Positions 1 through 14,234 of a DNA stretch of 64,000 nucleotides are shown in pieces. Origin of the DNA: Malacoraja senta. Lineage: Eukaryota. Numbering within the stretch: position 1 is the stretch's first letter; every line of letters begins with the position of its first letter. The notes under the pieces are model-generated. The model worked only from the letters and a program-made list of their open reading frames with translations. It had not been told where the DNA came from and did no database searches. Location of the stretch: the NCBI GenBank assembly GCA_038087875.1, contig JAXLNO010000680.1, positions 248,001 to 312,000 on the forward strand, read 5' to 3'. Made by a program: the position numbers and the translations under genes.

Positions 1-668
1 TCACCTCCGCAACATTGCAAAAATCAGATCGTCTCTCACACCCCCCGCTGCTGAAAGACTCATCCATGCCTTCATCTCCTCCCGACTGGACTACTGTAAC
101 TCTCTTCTCTTTGGAATCAATTCCAGCAACATCAACCGACTCCAACTGGTCCAGAATGCAGCCGCTCGACTCATTACCCACACCAAACCCTGGCACCACA
201 TCACCCCAGTTCTCAAAGAACTTCACTGGCTTCCCATTTCCCACCGGATCATCTACAAAATCCTGGTCCTCACCTACAAAGCCCTCAACAACCTGGCCCC
301 CCCTTATCTCATTGACCTCCTTTCCCCCTACCAACCCTCACGGTCCCTCAGATCCACATCAGCTGGTCTCCTCTCCACTCCGAAATCAAACCTCTGCACT
401 TTTGGAGGCAGAGCCTTCTCCAGGGCAGCTCCCAGGCTCTGGAATTCCCTCCCACAACTGGTCCGAAATTCTGAGTCCCTCACCATCTTCCAGTCCCGCC
501 TCAAGACCCATCTCTTCACCTCTGCATACCCTTAGTCCCATGTTCCCCTCCCCTCTGTCTTAATGCTCTATTTTGTTTTGTTTATTCCTGACTCTCAATG
601 TAAAGCGACTTTGAGTCCTGAAAAGCGCTATATAAATAAAATCTATTATTATTATTATTATTATTATA
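1..668 (+). mobile_element. L2-clade LINE 3' end (RT C-terminal region, 3'UTR, (TTA)n tail), truncated by window start
   Basis: Frame 2 reads HLRNIAKIR...LIHAFISSRLDYCNSLL...LQLVQNAAARL...HITPVLKELHWLP...LKTHLF to TAG at 533-535; tail TGTAAAGCGACTTTGAG...AAAGCGCTATATAAAT then (TTA)n. Confidence 0.9.
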
Positions 669-789
669 TAATACACTGGATGGAAACTCATTGTGTGTAA
701 TGGGTGATTCTCAAGTTTAATAACCCGACAGCAACACACACTTCGAGTGCACCTCCCTCCATGTTAAGGGGTAACAAATCTTGTCCATA

Positions 790-1572
790 TTCCAACGGGA
801 TCCCACTACTGGCTACATCTTCCCATCTCCACCTCTTTCTGCTTTCCTCAGAGACCGTTCCCTCCGCAACTCCCTGGTCAACTCGTCCCTTCCCACCCAA
901 ACCACCCCCTCCCCAGGTACTTTCCCCAGCAACCGCAGGAGATGCAACACCTGTCCCTTTACTCCCCCCTCGACTCTATCCAAGGACCCCGACAGTCTTT
1001 CCAGGTGAAGCAGAGGTTTCACTTGCACCTCCTCCAACCTCATCTACTGTATCCGCTGTTCCAGGTGTCAACTTCTCTACATCGGCGAGACCAGGCGCAG
1101 GTTCGACGATCGTTTCGCTGAACACCTCCGCTCAGTCCGCCTAAACCTTCCTGATCTCCCGGTTGCCAAACACTTCAACTCCCCCTCCCATTCCCACACT
1201 GACCTTTCTGTCCTGGGCCTCCTCCACTGTCAGAGTGAGGCCCAGCGTTAATTGGAGGAACAGCACTTCATATTTCACTTGGGCAGCTTACACCCCAGCG
1301 GTATGAACATTGACTTCTCTAACTTCAAGTAGCCCTTGCTTTCCCTCTCTCTCCGTCCCCTCCCCCTTCCCAGTTCTCCCACTAGTCTTACTGTCTCCGC
1401 CCCCATTTTATCTCTGTATCACCCTCTCCCCTGACATCAATCTGAAGAAGGGTCTCGTCCCAAAATGCTACCCATTCCTTCTCTCCAGAGATGCTGCCCG
1501 TCCGGCTGAGTTACTCCAGCTTTTTGTGTCAATCTTCGATTTAAACCAGCATCTTCAGTTATTTCCTACATA
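790..1572 (+). mobile_element. Penelope-like element (PLE) 3' fragment: degenerate GIY-YIG endonuclease plus terminal module
   Basis: RDPTTGYIFPSPPLSAF...RRRCNTCPF, then TCTSSNLIYCIRCSRCQLLYIGET-like sequence; followed by the CTGAAGAAGGG terminal module at about 1442. Confidence 0.85.
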
Positions 1573-1691
1573 CTCCCTCAGAGAGCATTTGGATTTTAAC
1601 CGAAGAATACAAAAAGCTGGCGTAACTCAGCATTTCTGGAGAGAAGGAATGGGTGACGTTTCAGGGCAAGACCCTTCTATCGATGATGAAG

Positions 1692-2830
1692 AAAGCAAAC
1701 GCAATGATAGCATTTATTTCAAGAGGGCTAGAATACAAAATACAGGGATGTATTCCTGAGGCTCTATAAGGCGCTGGTCAGTCTGCGTTTGGAATATTGT
1801 GAGCAAATTTGGGACCCTTATGTGAGGAAGGATGTGCTGGCTCTGGAGAGGGTCCAGAGGAGGTTTACAAGAATGATCCCAGGAATGAGTGGGTTAACCT
1901 ATGATGAGCGTTTGTCGGCACTGGGCCTGTACTTGCTGGAGTTTAGAAGGATGAGGGGGGGACATCATTGATACGTTACCGAATAGTGAAAGGCTTGGAA
2001 AGAGTGGATGTGGAGAGGATGTTTCCACTAGTGGGAGAGTCTAGGACCAGAGGTCACAGCCTCAGAATTAAAGGACGTTCTTTCAGGAAGGAGATGAGGA
2101 GGAATTTCTGTAGTCAGACAGTGGTGAATCTGTAGAATTCATTGCCACAAATGGCTGTGGAGGCCAAGTCAGTGGATATTTTTAAGGTAGAGATAAATAG
2201 ATTCTTGATTAGTATGGGTGTCAGGGGTTATGGGGAGAAGGCAGGAGAATGGAGTTAGGAGGGAGAGATAGATCAGCCATGATTGAATGGCGGAGTAGAC
2301 TTGATGGGGCAGAAATGGCCAAATTCTGCTCCTATCACTTATGACCTTATGATCTTCTTCAGACCCGACACCTCACCTATTCTTTCTCTCCAGAGATGCT
2401 GCCTGCCCCGCTGAGTTACTCCAGCATTTTGTGCCTATTTAGGGTTTGAATGTTCAAAGCAGATCTGGGTCACATGAGTCTTTCTGCTCCTCCTTGATGA
2501 AACCCACCCGATCTCCACCTCCTACTATTGGTTTTGTTTCTCTCATTGCCAATCTCACTGTCCCTTAAACATATCTCCCTAATTGATCTCAACTGCACCA
2601 TGCCATGGTTAGCTCCATATCCTGGGGTGTAAACTTTCCCCACGATTCAATGGATATTTTTAAGGCAGAGATAGATAGATTCTTGATTAGTACAGGTGTC
2701 AGGGGTTATGGGGAGAAGGCAGGAGAATGGGGTTAGGAGGGAGAGATAGATCAGCCATGATTGAATGGCGGGGTGGACTTGATGGGCCGAATGGCCTAAT
2801 ACTGCTCCTATCACTTATGACCTCATGACC
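1692..2830 (+). mobile_element. CR1 LINE 3' fragments with an intervening PLE tail and unique segment
   Basis: LEYCEQIWDPYVRKDVLALERVQRRFTRMIPG; CR1 tail GATCAGCCATGATTGAATGGCGG...CCTATCACTTATGA present twice. Confidence 0.85.
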
Positions 2831-3570
2831 TCATGAGGATTCAGCGGTCACGGGAGCAGAATTAGGCCATTCGGCCCATCAAGTCTACACCGCCATTCAA
2901 TCATGGCTGATCTATCTCTCCCACCCAACCACATTCTCTTGCCTTCTCCACATAAACTTTGACACCAATCAAACTTTATACAAGGATAATTCCTTACTCT
3001 GTTATAGCGGACAGTTGGCAATAATGGACTTCTTCCTCCAGCCCCCATGGTTGATTATTATCAGGGTTTACTGTACAGGGAATGGAACTACTGCGAGATG
3101 GAGAAGTGATTGTCTTATTACTTTGCTCTCCGGTTTTGGAACTATCTTCTCCACTTTAACCCTTCATGATCTCTAAGGCCTTGGATGGTCCCCTCTCTCC
3201 ACTGAAGGGCCTTGGCTATTGACATTGCCCACCTGCTTAGCTTTGGTTCAGATAGACACAAAATGCTGGAGTAACTCAGCGGGACAGGCAGCATGTCTGG
3301 AGATGAAGGAATGGGTATCGTTTCGGGTCGTGACCCTTCTTCAGAGTTTAGTTTAGTTGAGGGATACAGCGCGGAAACAGGCCTTTCAGCCCACCGAGTC
3401 CGTGCCGACCAGCGATCCCCGCTCCCTAACGCTACCCTACACACACCAGGGACTATTTACAATTTTACCAAGCCAATTAACCTACAACCTGCACGTCTTT
3501 GGAGTGTGGGAGCAAACCAGAGCTTATACCGTATGAACTAGTTCTATTCTTACATCTTATGGTCTTGGAA

Positions 3571-3870
3571 GGCCAGGTGACGCAGCAGGTAGAGTTACTG
3601 TCTTCCAGCGCCAGAGACCCTGACTACGGATGCTGTCTGTGCGGAGTTTGCACGTTCTCCCCGTGACCTGCGTGGGCTTCCTCCGAGATCTTTGGTTTCC
3701 TCCCACATGCCAAAGACGTTGTAGTTTAATTGCTTTGGTGTAAATGGCAAAATTGTCCCTGGTGTGTGTGGGATAGTGTTAGTGTGCGGGGATCGCTGGT
3801 CGGCGCGGACCCGGTGGGGCAACGGGCCTGTTTCCGCGCTGTATCTCTAAACTAAACTAAACTAAACTAA
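3571..3870 (+). mobile_element. tRNA-derived V-SINE (HE1-like)
   Basis: tRNA-like head, central V-domain GTTTGCACGTTCTCCCCGTG...GGTTTCCTCCCAC, CR1-like tail GGGCCTGTTTCCGCGCTGTATCTC(TAAAC)n; a partial inverted copy lies at about 3345-3510. Confidence 0.8.
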
Positions 3871-3999
3871 TCTTCAACCAGGGTGTCCCCCTCTCCCTGC
3901 AACCCCTCGGCAACACTTGCAAATGTTCAGCGATTCATCCAGCCCCATGCATTGGTGCATTAACGAATGCATGTGGACGCTCTCACGTAAAAACATAAT

Positions 4000-4948
4000 A
4001 GAGTGATACAGCGTGGAAACAGACCCTTCGACCCGACTTGCCCACACCAGCCAACATGCCCCACCTGCCTGCGCTTGGTCCTTATCCCTTCAAACCTGTC
4101 CCATCCATGTACCTGTCTAACTGCTTCTAAAACGTTGGGATAGCCCCAGCCTCAATTACCTCCTCCGGCAGCTCATTTCATACACCCACCACCCTCTGTG
4201 TGGAAAAGTTACCCCTCAGATTCCTATTAATTCTTTTCCCCTTCATCTTAAACCTATGTCCTCAGGTCCTCGATTCCCCTACTCTGGGCAAGAGACACTG
4301 TGCGTCTACCCAATCTATTCCTCTCATGATTTTATTCACCTCTATAAGATCACCCCTCATTCTCCTGCGCTCCAAGGAATAGAGACCCAGCCTGCTCAAC
4401 CTCTCCCTGTAGCTCACACCCTCTAGTCCTGGCAACATCCTCTAAATCGTCTCTGCACCCGTCCCAGCTTGTGATAATTGGAGGTTTGTGCTGGAGTACG
4501 GTGAGGGATAGTTGAGGCCCTCCAACCTCGCTCAATATAACAGAGTCCAGGATTACACCCAGATCCCACCATCGATACTGCTCGCCTTTTATACTGTCGT
4601 TACTAGTGAATCACACAACTGTTTAGTCCACACTGTTGAAGGAAAAAACGTTACACCACAACACAAAGATCGGGTAAGACATTCAAGACTTTATATAGGA
4701 GGTTATAAGCTCATTAGGTCATAAGGAATAGGAGTAGAATTAGTCCATTCGGCCCATCAAGTCTATTCTGCCATTCAATCATGGCTGATCTATCTCTCCC
4801 TCCTGACCCCATTCTCCTGCCTTCTCCCCATAACCCCTGACACCCGTACTAATCAAGAATCTATCTATCTCTGCCTTAAAAAATATCCACTGACTTGGTC
4901 TCCACAGCCTTTCTGCGGCAAAGAACTCCACAGATTCACCACCCTCTC
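4000..4948 (-). mobile_element. Two CR1 3' fragments
   Basis: Reverse-strand CR1 RT C-terminal and 3'UTR sequence at about 4000-4470 and 4700-4948. Confidence 0.75.
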
Positions 4949-5423
4949 ACCTTTTCAGGTCAGGTCGGGGTGAGTTCCCCCCTCCACCACGGGTACCATG
5001 TAATCCCGTGCCACCTGCTCCGTGGTCGGATAGTCGGCGACTAAACCGTCTCCCCCACCTGGTTTGCCAGGTGAGGAGGGGGGCTGTGGACCCCCAGCAG
5101 GACCGAAAACAAGACCTGTCAAAGGGCGGATGAGCTTCTAGCGAGCCAGCGGCCATCCACACTTCAGTAGAAGTTGCGATCACTGTCGTACATAGCACTG
5201 TAAGGAATGATGATAAACCACACACACACACCAAAATCCTTTTCTTCCAGCGGCGGAAGTCCGCAGGAACTGGAGGACAGAGATGTGTGGTGCGTCCGTC
5301 CCAGTTCCCGTTGGAATCCAGCACCACTGCGTCGCTAATGTTTTCAACGAAGATGCTGACTAAATAGCGCCAAATACAGCGATCGCTAGAAGCAATCTAG
5401 GAAATAGCTCAATGAACAAAGAA

Positions 5424-5980
5424 TGAACACCTCCGCTCAGTCCGCCTGGACCTACCTGATCTCCCGGTTGCCAAACACTTTAACTCCCACTCCCATTCCC
5501 ACACTGACATTTCTGTCCTGGGCCTCCTCCACTGTCAGAGTGAGGCCCAGCGCTAATTGGAGGAACAGCACCTCATATTTCGCTTGGGCAACTTACACCC
5601 CAGTGGTATGAACATTGACTTCTCTAACTTCAAGTAACCCGTGCTTTCCCTCTGTCTCCGTCCCCTCCCTCTTCCCAGTTCTCCCACATGTCTGACTGTC
5701 CCCGATTACATTTTATCTCTGTTTGCTTCGTTGTCACCTTCTCCCAGCTAACAATGTTCTATACTACATTCTCCTGGATCTCCATCCCCTTTGTCTTGCA
5801 TTCTCACCTTACACTTCCTTATCTATGTATCTCCCTCTCCCCTGACTCGGTCTGAAGAAGGGTCTCGACCTGAAACGTCGCCCATTCCTTCTCTCCAGAG
5901 ATGCTGCCTGTCCCGCTGAGTTACTCCAGCATTTTGTGTCTCTCTTCGGTTTAAACCAGTATCTGCTGTTCCTTCGGACA
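5424..5980 (+). mobile_element. PLE 3' fragment with hammerhead-bearing terminal module
   Basis: EHLRSV...PDLPVAKHFNS...LEEQHLIFRLG-like sequence; CTGAAGAAGGGTCTCGACCTGAAACGTC at 5852-5879. Confidence 0.85.
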
Positions 5981-6589
5981 AAGATTCATCTGTTCCTTAT
6001 ATACAGAATTTTCCTTTGATATGTTGATTTGCCGTAGCAGGCCTTTTTCCTTCTTCACAATGGTCTAATAAAAAGTATAATTCATGCACCCCAGAAACAC
6101 ACAGCAGAGGAAACACAGCCCAATTCCACCCCATTGCAGAGAAGCAAATATCATGTTACCCTTTCGACCTTATTTTATTGCTTTTACCATTGCCATTTGT
6201 CCTTTGACACAGAGAACAGGATCAGACTAAAGTAGATGGCAGTGTCTACCTTAGCAGTTACACAAGCTCAGCTTCAACCTTCTTTAAAGCATGGAAATAT
6301 TATGACACGTGAAGAGGACTTTGAGCATTTCCAGGCACTCCTCCTGTTCCTACCCCTTGTCTTCGTGAAGCTTTGCGGTTTATTCCAGACAACAGAGAGC
6401 CAACCCCCCTCTGCAAATGTAATGTCCCAGTGAGATACCTTCTGTGTGTTTACACGTGTGCACATATGATTGCATGTCTCTGGGTGGTATGCACACGCAC
6501 ATGTGTGCGGACACGTGGAGGAGCAGCAGTACATGTGTGCGACTGAGCTGCCCCGTGCATGTAAACACGCAGGTTGTAATCATGTAGGT

Positions 6590-9495
6590 TGTAGTGTGTA
6601 TCTGCACTGTGTGTATCTGCACTATGTGTATCTGCAGTGTGGGTATCTGCACTATGTGTGTATCTGTACTGTGTGTGTATCTGTACTGTGTGTATCTGTA
6701 CTGTGTGTGTATCTGCACTGTGTGTGTATCTGCACTATGTGTGTATCTGCACTATGTCTGTATCTACACGGTGTGTGTATCTGCACTGTGTGTGTATCTG
6801 CATTGTGTGTATCTGCACTGTGTGTGTATCTGCACTGTGTGTATCTGCACTTGTGTATCTGCACTATGTGTGTCTACAGTGTGTGTGTATCTGCACTGTG
6901 TGCATCTACACTGTGTATCCACTGTGTGTATCTACAGTGTGTGTGTATCTGCACTGTGTCTCTACAGTGTGTGTGTATCTGCAATGTGTGTATCTGCACT
7001 GTGTATCTGAACTGTGTGTATCTGCACTGTGTATCTACACTGTGTGTGTATCTGCACTATGTGTATCTGCACTGTGTGTGTATCTGCACTATGTGTGTAT
7101 CTGCACTGTGTGTATCTGCACTGTGTGTATCTGCACTGTGTGTATCTGCACTTGTGTATCTGCACTGTGTGTGTGCACTGTGTGTGTTCCTGCACTGTGT
7201 GTATCTGCAATGTGTGTATGTGCAATGTGTGTAACTGCACTGTGTGTATCTGCACTGTGTGTGTGCACTGTGTGTATCTGCACTGTGTGTATCTGCACTG
7301 TGTGTGTATCTGCACTGTGTGTGTCTGCACTGTGTGTATCTGCACTATGTCTGCAATGTGTGTGTATCCAAACTGCGTGTATCTGCACTGTGTGTATCTA
7401 CAGTGTTTGTATCTGCACTGTGTGTATCTGCACTGTGTGTATATCTGCACTGTGTGTATCTGCACTGTGTGCACTGTGTATCTACAGTGTGAATCTGAAC
7501 TGTGTGTATCTGCACTGTGTGCATCAGCACTGTGTGTATCTGCACTGTGTGTATCTGTACTGTGTGTGTATCTGCACTGTGTGTGTATCTGCACTGTGTC
7601 TGTATCTGCACTGTGTGTGTATCTGCACTGTGTGTGTATCTGCATTGTGTGTATCTGCACTGATTGTATCTGCGCTGTGTGTAACTGCACTGTGTGTATC
7701 TGTACTGTATGTATCTGCACTGTGTGTGTATCTGCACTGTGTGTATCTGCACTGTGTGTATCTGCACTGTGTGTCTACAGTGTGTGTGTATCTGCACTGT
7801 GTGTATCTGCACTGTGTGCATCTACACTGTGTATCCACTGTGTGTATCTACAGTGTGTGTATCTGCAATATGTCTCTACAGTGTGTGTGTATCTGCAATG
7901 TGTGTATCTGCACTTTGTGTATCTACAGTGTGTGTGTATCTGAACTGTGTGTATCTGCACTGTGTGTATCTACAGTATGTGTATCTGCACTGTGTGTGTA
8001 TCTGCACTGTGTTTGTATCTGCACTGTGTATCTGCACTGTGTGTGTGCACTACGTATCTGCACTGTGTGTGTGCACTGTGTGTGTATCTGCACTGTGTGT
8101 ATCTGCACTGTGTGTATCTGCACTGTGTGTGTGCACTGTGTATCTGCACTGTGTGTGTGCACTGTGTGTGTATCTGCACTGTGTGTATCGGCACTGTGTG
8201 TATCTGCACTGTGTGTGTGCACTGAGTATGTCTGCACTGTGTGTGTATCCGCACTGTGTGTATCTGCACTGTGTGTATCTACAGTGTGTGTATGTGCACT
8301 GTGTATATCTGCACTATGTGTATCTGCACTGTGTGTATCTGCACTGTGCATATGTGCACTGTTTGTATCCGCACTGTGTGTATCTGCACTGTGTGTGTGC
8401 ACTGTGTGTGTATCTGCACTGTATGTATCTGCACTATGTGTGTATCTGCACTGTGTGTGTATCTGCACTGTGTGTGTGCACTGTGTGTATCTGCACTGTG
8501 TATGTCTGCACTGTGTGTGTATCCGCACTGTGTGTATCTGCACTGTGTGTATCTACAGTGTGTGTATCTGCACTGTGTGTATCTGCACTGTGTGTACAGT
8601 GTGTGTATCTGTACTGTGTGTATCTGCAGTGTGGGTATCTGCACTATGTGTGTATCTGCAGTATGGGTATCTGCACTATGTGTGTATCTGCACTGTGTGT
8701 GTATCTGTACTGTGTGTATCTGTACTGTGTGTGTATCTGCACTGTGTGTGTATCTGTGTGTGTATCTGCACTGTGTGTATCTGCACTGTGTGTATCTGCA
8801 CTGTGTGTGCACTGTGTGTGTGTCTACAGTGTGTGTATCTGCACTGTGTGTATCCACACTTGTGTATGCACTGTGTGTGTGCACTGTGTGTATCTGCAAT
8901 GTCTGTATCTGCAATGTGTGTAACTGCACTGTGTGTATCTGCACTGTGTGCACTGTGTGTGTGTGCACTGTGTGTATCTGCACTGTGTGTATCTGCACTG
9001 TGTATCTGCACTGTGTGTGAATCTGCACTGTGTGTATCTGCACTGTGTGTGCACTGTGTGTGTGTCTACAGTGTGTGTATCTGCACTGTGTGTATCCACA
9101 CTTGTGTATCTGCACTGTGTGTGTGCACTGTGTGCATCTGCACTGTGTGTGCACTGTGTGTATCTGCACTGTGTGTGTGTGCACTGCGTGTGTGCACTGT
9201 GTGTATCTGCACTGTGTGTGCACTGTGTGTATCTGCACTGTATGTGTATCTGCACTGTGTGTATCTGCACTGTGTATCTGCACTGTGTGTATCTGCACTG
9301 TGTGTATCTGCACTGTGTGAGTGCACTGTGTGTGTCTACACTGTGTGTATCTGCACTGAGTGTTTATCTGCGCTGTGTGTATCTACAGTGTGTGTATCTG
9401 AACTGTGTGTATCTGCACTGTGTGCATCAGCACTGTGTGTATCTGCACTGTGTGTATCTGTACTGTGTGTGCCTACACTATGTGTATCTGCACTC
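6590..9495. repeat. About 2.9 kb tandem satellite, unit about 15 bp (TGTGTGTATCTGCAC) with variable TG number
   Basis: Directly visible tandem repeat; explains the Cys/Val/His-rich pseudo-ORFs. Confidence 0.97.
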
Positions 9496-10099
9496 ACACA
9501 CACACATATATATATGTTGGTGTATGTGTCCATGTGTCTATGTCTGTGTGTAAATTTACATATGTTTGTCTGTGTGTATGTACATATCTATGATTATGTG
9601 TGTGTGTATACATGTACTTATGGTTGTCCGTGTTGATGTGTTGCTGTGTCTCTGTATGTATTTATGATTGCCTGTGTGTGTGTTTCTGTGTCTGTGTGTA
9701 TATGGGTCTGTGATTGTCTGTGAGTGTGTGTTTCTGTGTGTATATGTACGTATGTTGGTCTGTGTGCATATATATACATATATATATGATTTATGTATTT
9801 ATATATTATATATACATAAATGTATAATTGTGTTTAAGAACGCCCGCCCCCTCCCACCCTTCTTCAGTCTGAAGAAGGGTTTCGTCCCGAAATGTTGCCT
9901 ATTTCCTTCGCTCCATAGATGCTGTTGCACCCGCTGAGTTTAGCTTTTCTTCTCACCGCCCCCCCTCCACCCCCCACCCCCCCACCCTACATCGGTCTGA
10001 AGAAGGGTTTTGGCCCGAAACTTTGCCTATTTCCTTCGCTCCATAGATGCTGCTGCACCCGCTGACTTTCTCCAGCAATTTTGTCTACCAATGTATAAT

Positions 10100-10929
<830 letters not shown>

Positions 10930-10930
<1 letters not shown>

Positions 10931-12900
10931 CAATTTGAGAAGGAGAATCGGGATGTGTCAGTGATGCAGTTGAACAAAGGGGACTATGAAGGCATGAGAG
11001 GGGAGCTGGCCAAGGTAGACTGGAAAGGGATCCTAGCAGAAATGACGGTGGAACAGCAATGGCAGGAATTTCTGGGCATAATCCGGGAGACGCAGGATCA
11101 TTTTATTCCAAAATGGAAGAAAGATTCCAAGGGGAGTAGGAGGCAACCGTGGCTGACAAGAGAAGTTAGGGATAGAATAAAACTAAAAGAAAAGATGTAT
11201 AACACAGCAAAGAGTAGCCGGAAGCCAGAGGATTGGGAAACTTTCATAGGACAACAGAAGGAAACAAAACGGGCAATACGGGCTGAAAAGATGAAGTACG
11301 AGGGGAAGCTGGCCAGGAATATAAAGAAGGACAGTAAAAGCTTCTTTAGATATGTTAAGGGAAAAAGAATAGCAAAGTCAAATGTGGGTCCCTTGAAGGC
11401 AGACACGGGTGAAATTATTATGTGGAACAAGGAAATGGCAGAAGAGTTGAATAGGTACTTCGGATCTGTCTTCACTAAGGAAGACGCAAGCAATCTCCCA
11501 GAAGTACTGGAGGACAGAGGATCAAAGGGGGTCGAGGAACTGAAAGAAATTTTCATTCGGTGAGAAATAGTAATGAGTAGGCTAATGGGACTGAAGGATG
11601 ATAAATCCCCAGGGCCTGATGGTCCTCAGGAAGGTGGCTCTAGAAATAGTGGACGCATTGGTGATAATTTTCCAATGTTCAATAGATTGAGGATCAGTTC
11701 CTGTGGATTGGAGGATAGCTAATGTTATCCCACTTTTCAAGAAAGGAGCGAGAGAGAAAACGGGAAATTACAGACCAGTTAGCCTGACTTCGGTGGTGGG
11801 AAAGAGTCAATTATTAAAGAGGTAATAATGGGGCATTTGGATAGCAGTAAAAGGATTAGTTCAAGTCAGCATGGAATTATGAAAGGAAAATTATGCTTGA
11901 CTAATCTTCTGGAATTTTTTGAGGATGTGACAAGTAAAATGGATGAAGGGGAGCTAGTGGATGTAGTGTATCTAGACTTTCTGAAAGTCTTTGATAAGGT
12001 CCCGCACGGGAGACTGGTGACTAAAATTAGAGCACATGGTATTGGGGGTAGGGTGTTGACGTGGATAGAAAATTGGTTGGCAGACAAAGAGAGGCAAAGA
12101 GTAGGAGTGAACGGGGCCTTTTCAGAATGGCAGGCAGTGGCGAGTGGAGTGCCGCAAGGCTCGGTGTTGGGGCCACAACTGTTTACCATATATATTAATG
12201 ATTTGGAAGAGAGTATTAGGAGCAACACCAGCAAGTTTGCGGATGACACAAAGCTGGGTGGCAGTGTGAACTGTGAAGAGGATGTTAGGAGGTTGCAGGG
12301 TGACCTGGACAGGTTGAGTGAGTGGGCAGATGAGTGGCAGATGCAGTATAATATAGATAAATGTGAGGTTATCCACTTTGGTGGCAAAAACAAGAGGGCA
12401 GATTATTATCTCAATGGGGTTAGGTTAGGTAAGGGGGAGGTACAGTGAGACCTGGATGTCCTTGTACACCGGTCATATGAGGAAAGATTGGAAAGACTAG
12501 GCTTGTATTCACTGGAGTTTGGAAGGATGAGGGGGATCTTAAAGAAACATATAAAATTATAAAAGGACTGGACAAGCTAGATGCAGGAAAAATGTTCCCA
12601 ATGTTGGGTGAGTCCAGAACCAGGGGCCACAGTCTTAGAACAAAGGGGAGGCCATTTGAGACTGAGGTGAGAAATTTGTGAATTGTGGAATTCCCTGCCA
12701 CAGAGGGCAGTGGAGGCCAAATCACTGGATGGATTTAAGAGAGTTAGATAGAGCTCTAGGGGCTAGTGGAATCAAGGGATATGGGGAGAAGGCAGGCATG
12801 GGTTATTGATTGGGGACGATCAGCCATGATCACAATGAATGGCGGTGCTGGCTCAAAGGGCCGAATGGCCTCCTCCTGCACCTATTTTCTATGTTTCTAT
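10930..12900 (+). mobile_element. 5'-truncated CR1 LINE ORF2 (RT) pseudogene with 3' tail
   Basis: VVYLDFLKVFDKVPH, SGVPQGSVLGPQLFTIYIND, KFADDTKLGG; stops and deletions; ends (TTTCTATG)n. Confidence 0.93.
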
Positions 12901-12974
12901 GTGTATATATGTGTGTTTCTGTGTGTGTGTGTTTTTCTGTGTATATATGTGTGTTTGTGTGTGTGTTTCTGTGT

Positions 12975-13010
<36 letters not shown>

Positions 13011-13362
13011 CTGTGTGTGTGTCTATGTCTGTGTGTTTCTGTGTGTGTGTGTATGTGTGTGTATCTATGTCTGTGTGTTTCTGTGTGTGTTTCTGTGTGT
13101 GTGTGAGTATGTGTGTGTGTTTCTGTGTGTGTGTGTGTGTGTGTGTGTTTCTGTGTGTGTTTCTGTGTGTGTGTGTGTGTGTTTCTGTGTGTGTGTGTTT
13201 CTGTGTGTGTGTGTATGTGTGTGTTTCTGTGTGTTTGTGTGTGTGTGTGTGTGTTTCTGTGTGTGTTTCTGTGTGTGTGTGTGTGTGTGTGTGTTTCTGT
13301 GTGTGTTTCTGTGTGTGTGTTTCTGTGTGTGTTTCTGTGTGTGTTTCTGTGTGTGTGTGTGC
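12900..13362. repeat. (TG)n/TTTC compound microsatellite
   Basis: Direct inspection. Confidence 0.95.
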
Positions 13363-13749
13363 GTACCTATTGTTGTTCATGTGTCTCTACTTAGTACATC
13401 GAATCTTCCTCTTGTACATGTTGCCTGTGGAGTTATTGACCTTGAATACAAGTGAACCTTTCCCCTTCCAGCCTGCACCCTCTGCACGGACATCTCCAGT
13501 GTAAGTGGACCATGTAGACAGCAGCGTCAGTCTACACACAGCCCAGACTACCTGCTTCATCATATCCCATATGCACTCGCATGTGTCTCTCCTCAGGCAC
13601 ATATCCCAGTCACACCCAAGTTCTTGCCATGTGTTCAAGTTCTTTCCCCTGATACCAAGATCCCATTTGGATGGAATTGGCTTTAGTCTCGATGTGGAAA
13701 ACATCTGGAAGTAGCCTCTGCTGGACTTAGCCAGGTTTGAGTTTTAGTA

Positions 13750-14230
13750 CTGTGAGTGCAGAGAAGATTGACGAGGATGTTGCCAGGACTAGAGGGTGTG
13801 AGTTACAGGGAGAGGTTGAGTAGGCTGGGTCTCTTTCCTTGGAGCGCAGGAGGATGAGGGGAGATCTTATAGAGGTGTACAAAATCATGAGAGGAATAGA
13901 TCAGGTAGACGCACAGAGTCTTTTGCCCAGAGTAGGGGAATCGAGAACCAGAGGACATAGGTTCAAGGTGAAGGGGAAAAGATTTAATAGGAATCTGAGG
14001 GGTACCTTTTTCACACAAAGGATGGTGAGTGTATGGAACAAGCTGCCAGAGGAGGTAGTTGAGGCTGGGACTATCCCAACGTATAAGAAACAGTTAGACA
14101 GGTACATGGATAGGACATGTTTGGAGGGATATGGGCCAAACGCGGGCAGGTGGGACTGGTGTAGCTGGGACATGTTGGCCAGTGTGTGCAAATTGGGCCG
14201 AAGGGCCTGTTTCCATGTTGTATCATTATG
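13750..14230 (+). mobile_element. CR1 3' fragment
   Basis: ERRRMRGDLIEVYKIMRG...FFTQRMVSVWNKLP; tail GGGCCGAAGGGCCTGTTTCC. Confidence 0.88.
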
Positions 14231-14234
14231 AGTT

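Noticed and set aside
6470..9636. 999-aa and overlapping Cys/Val/His-rich ORFs
   Set aside because: Translation of a 15-bp satellite that is open in several frames on both strands; no domain or splice evidence.
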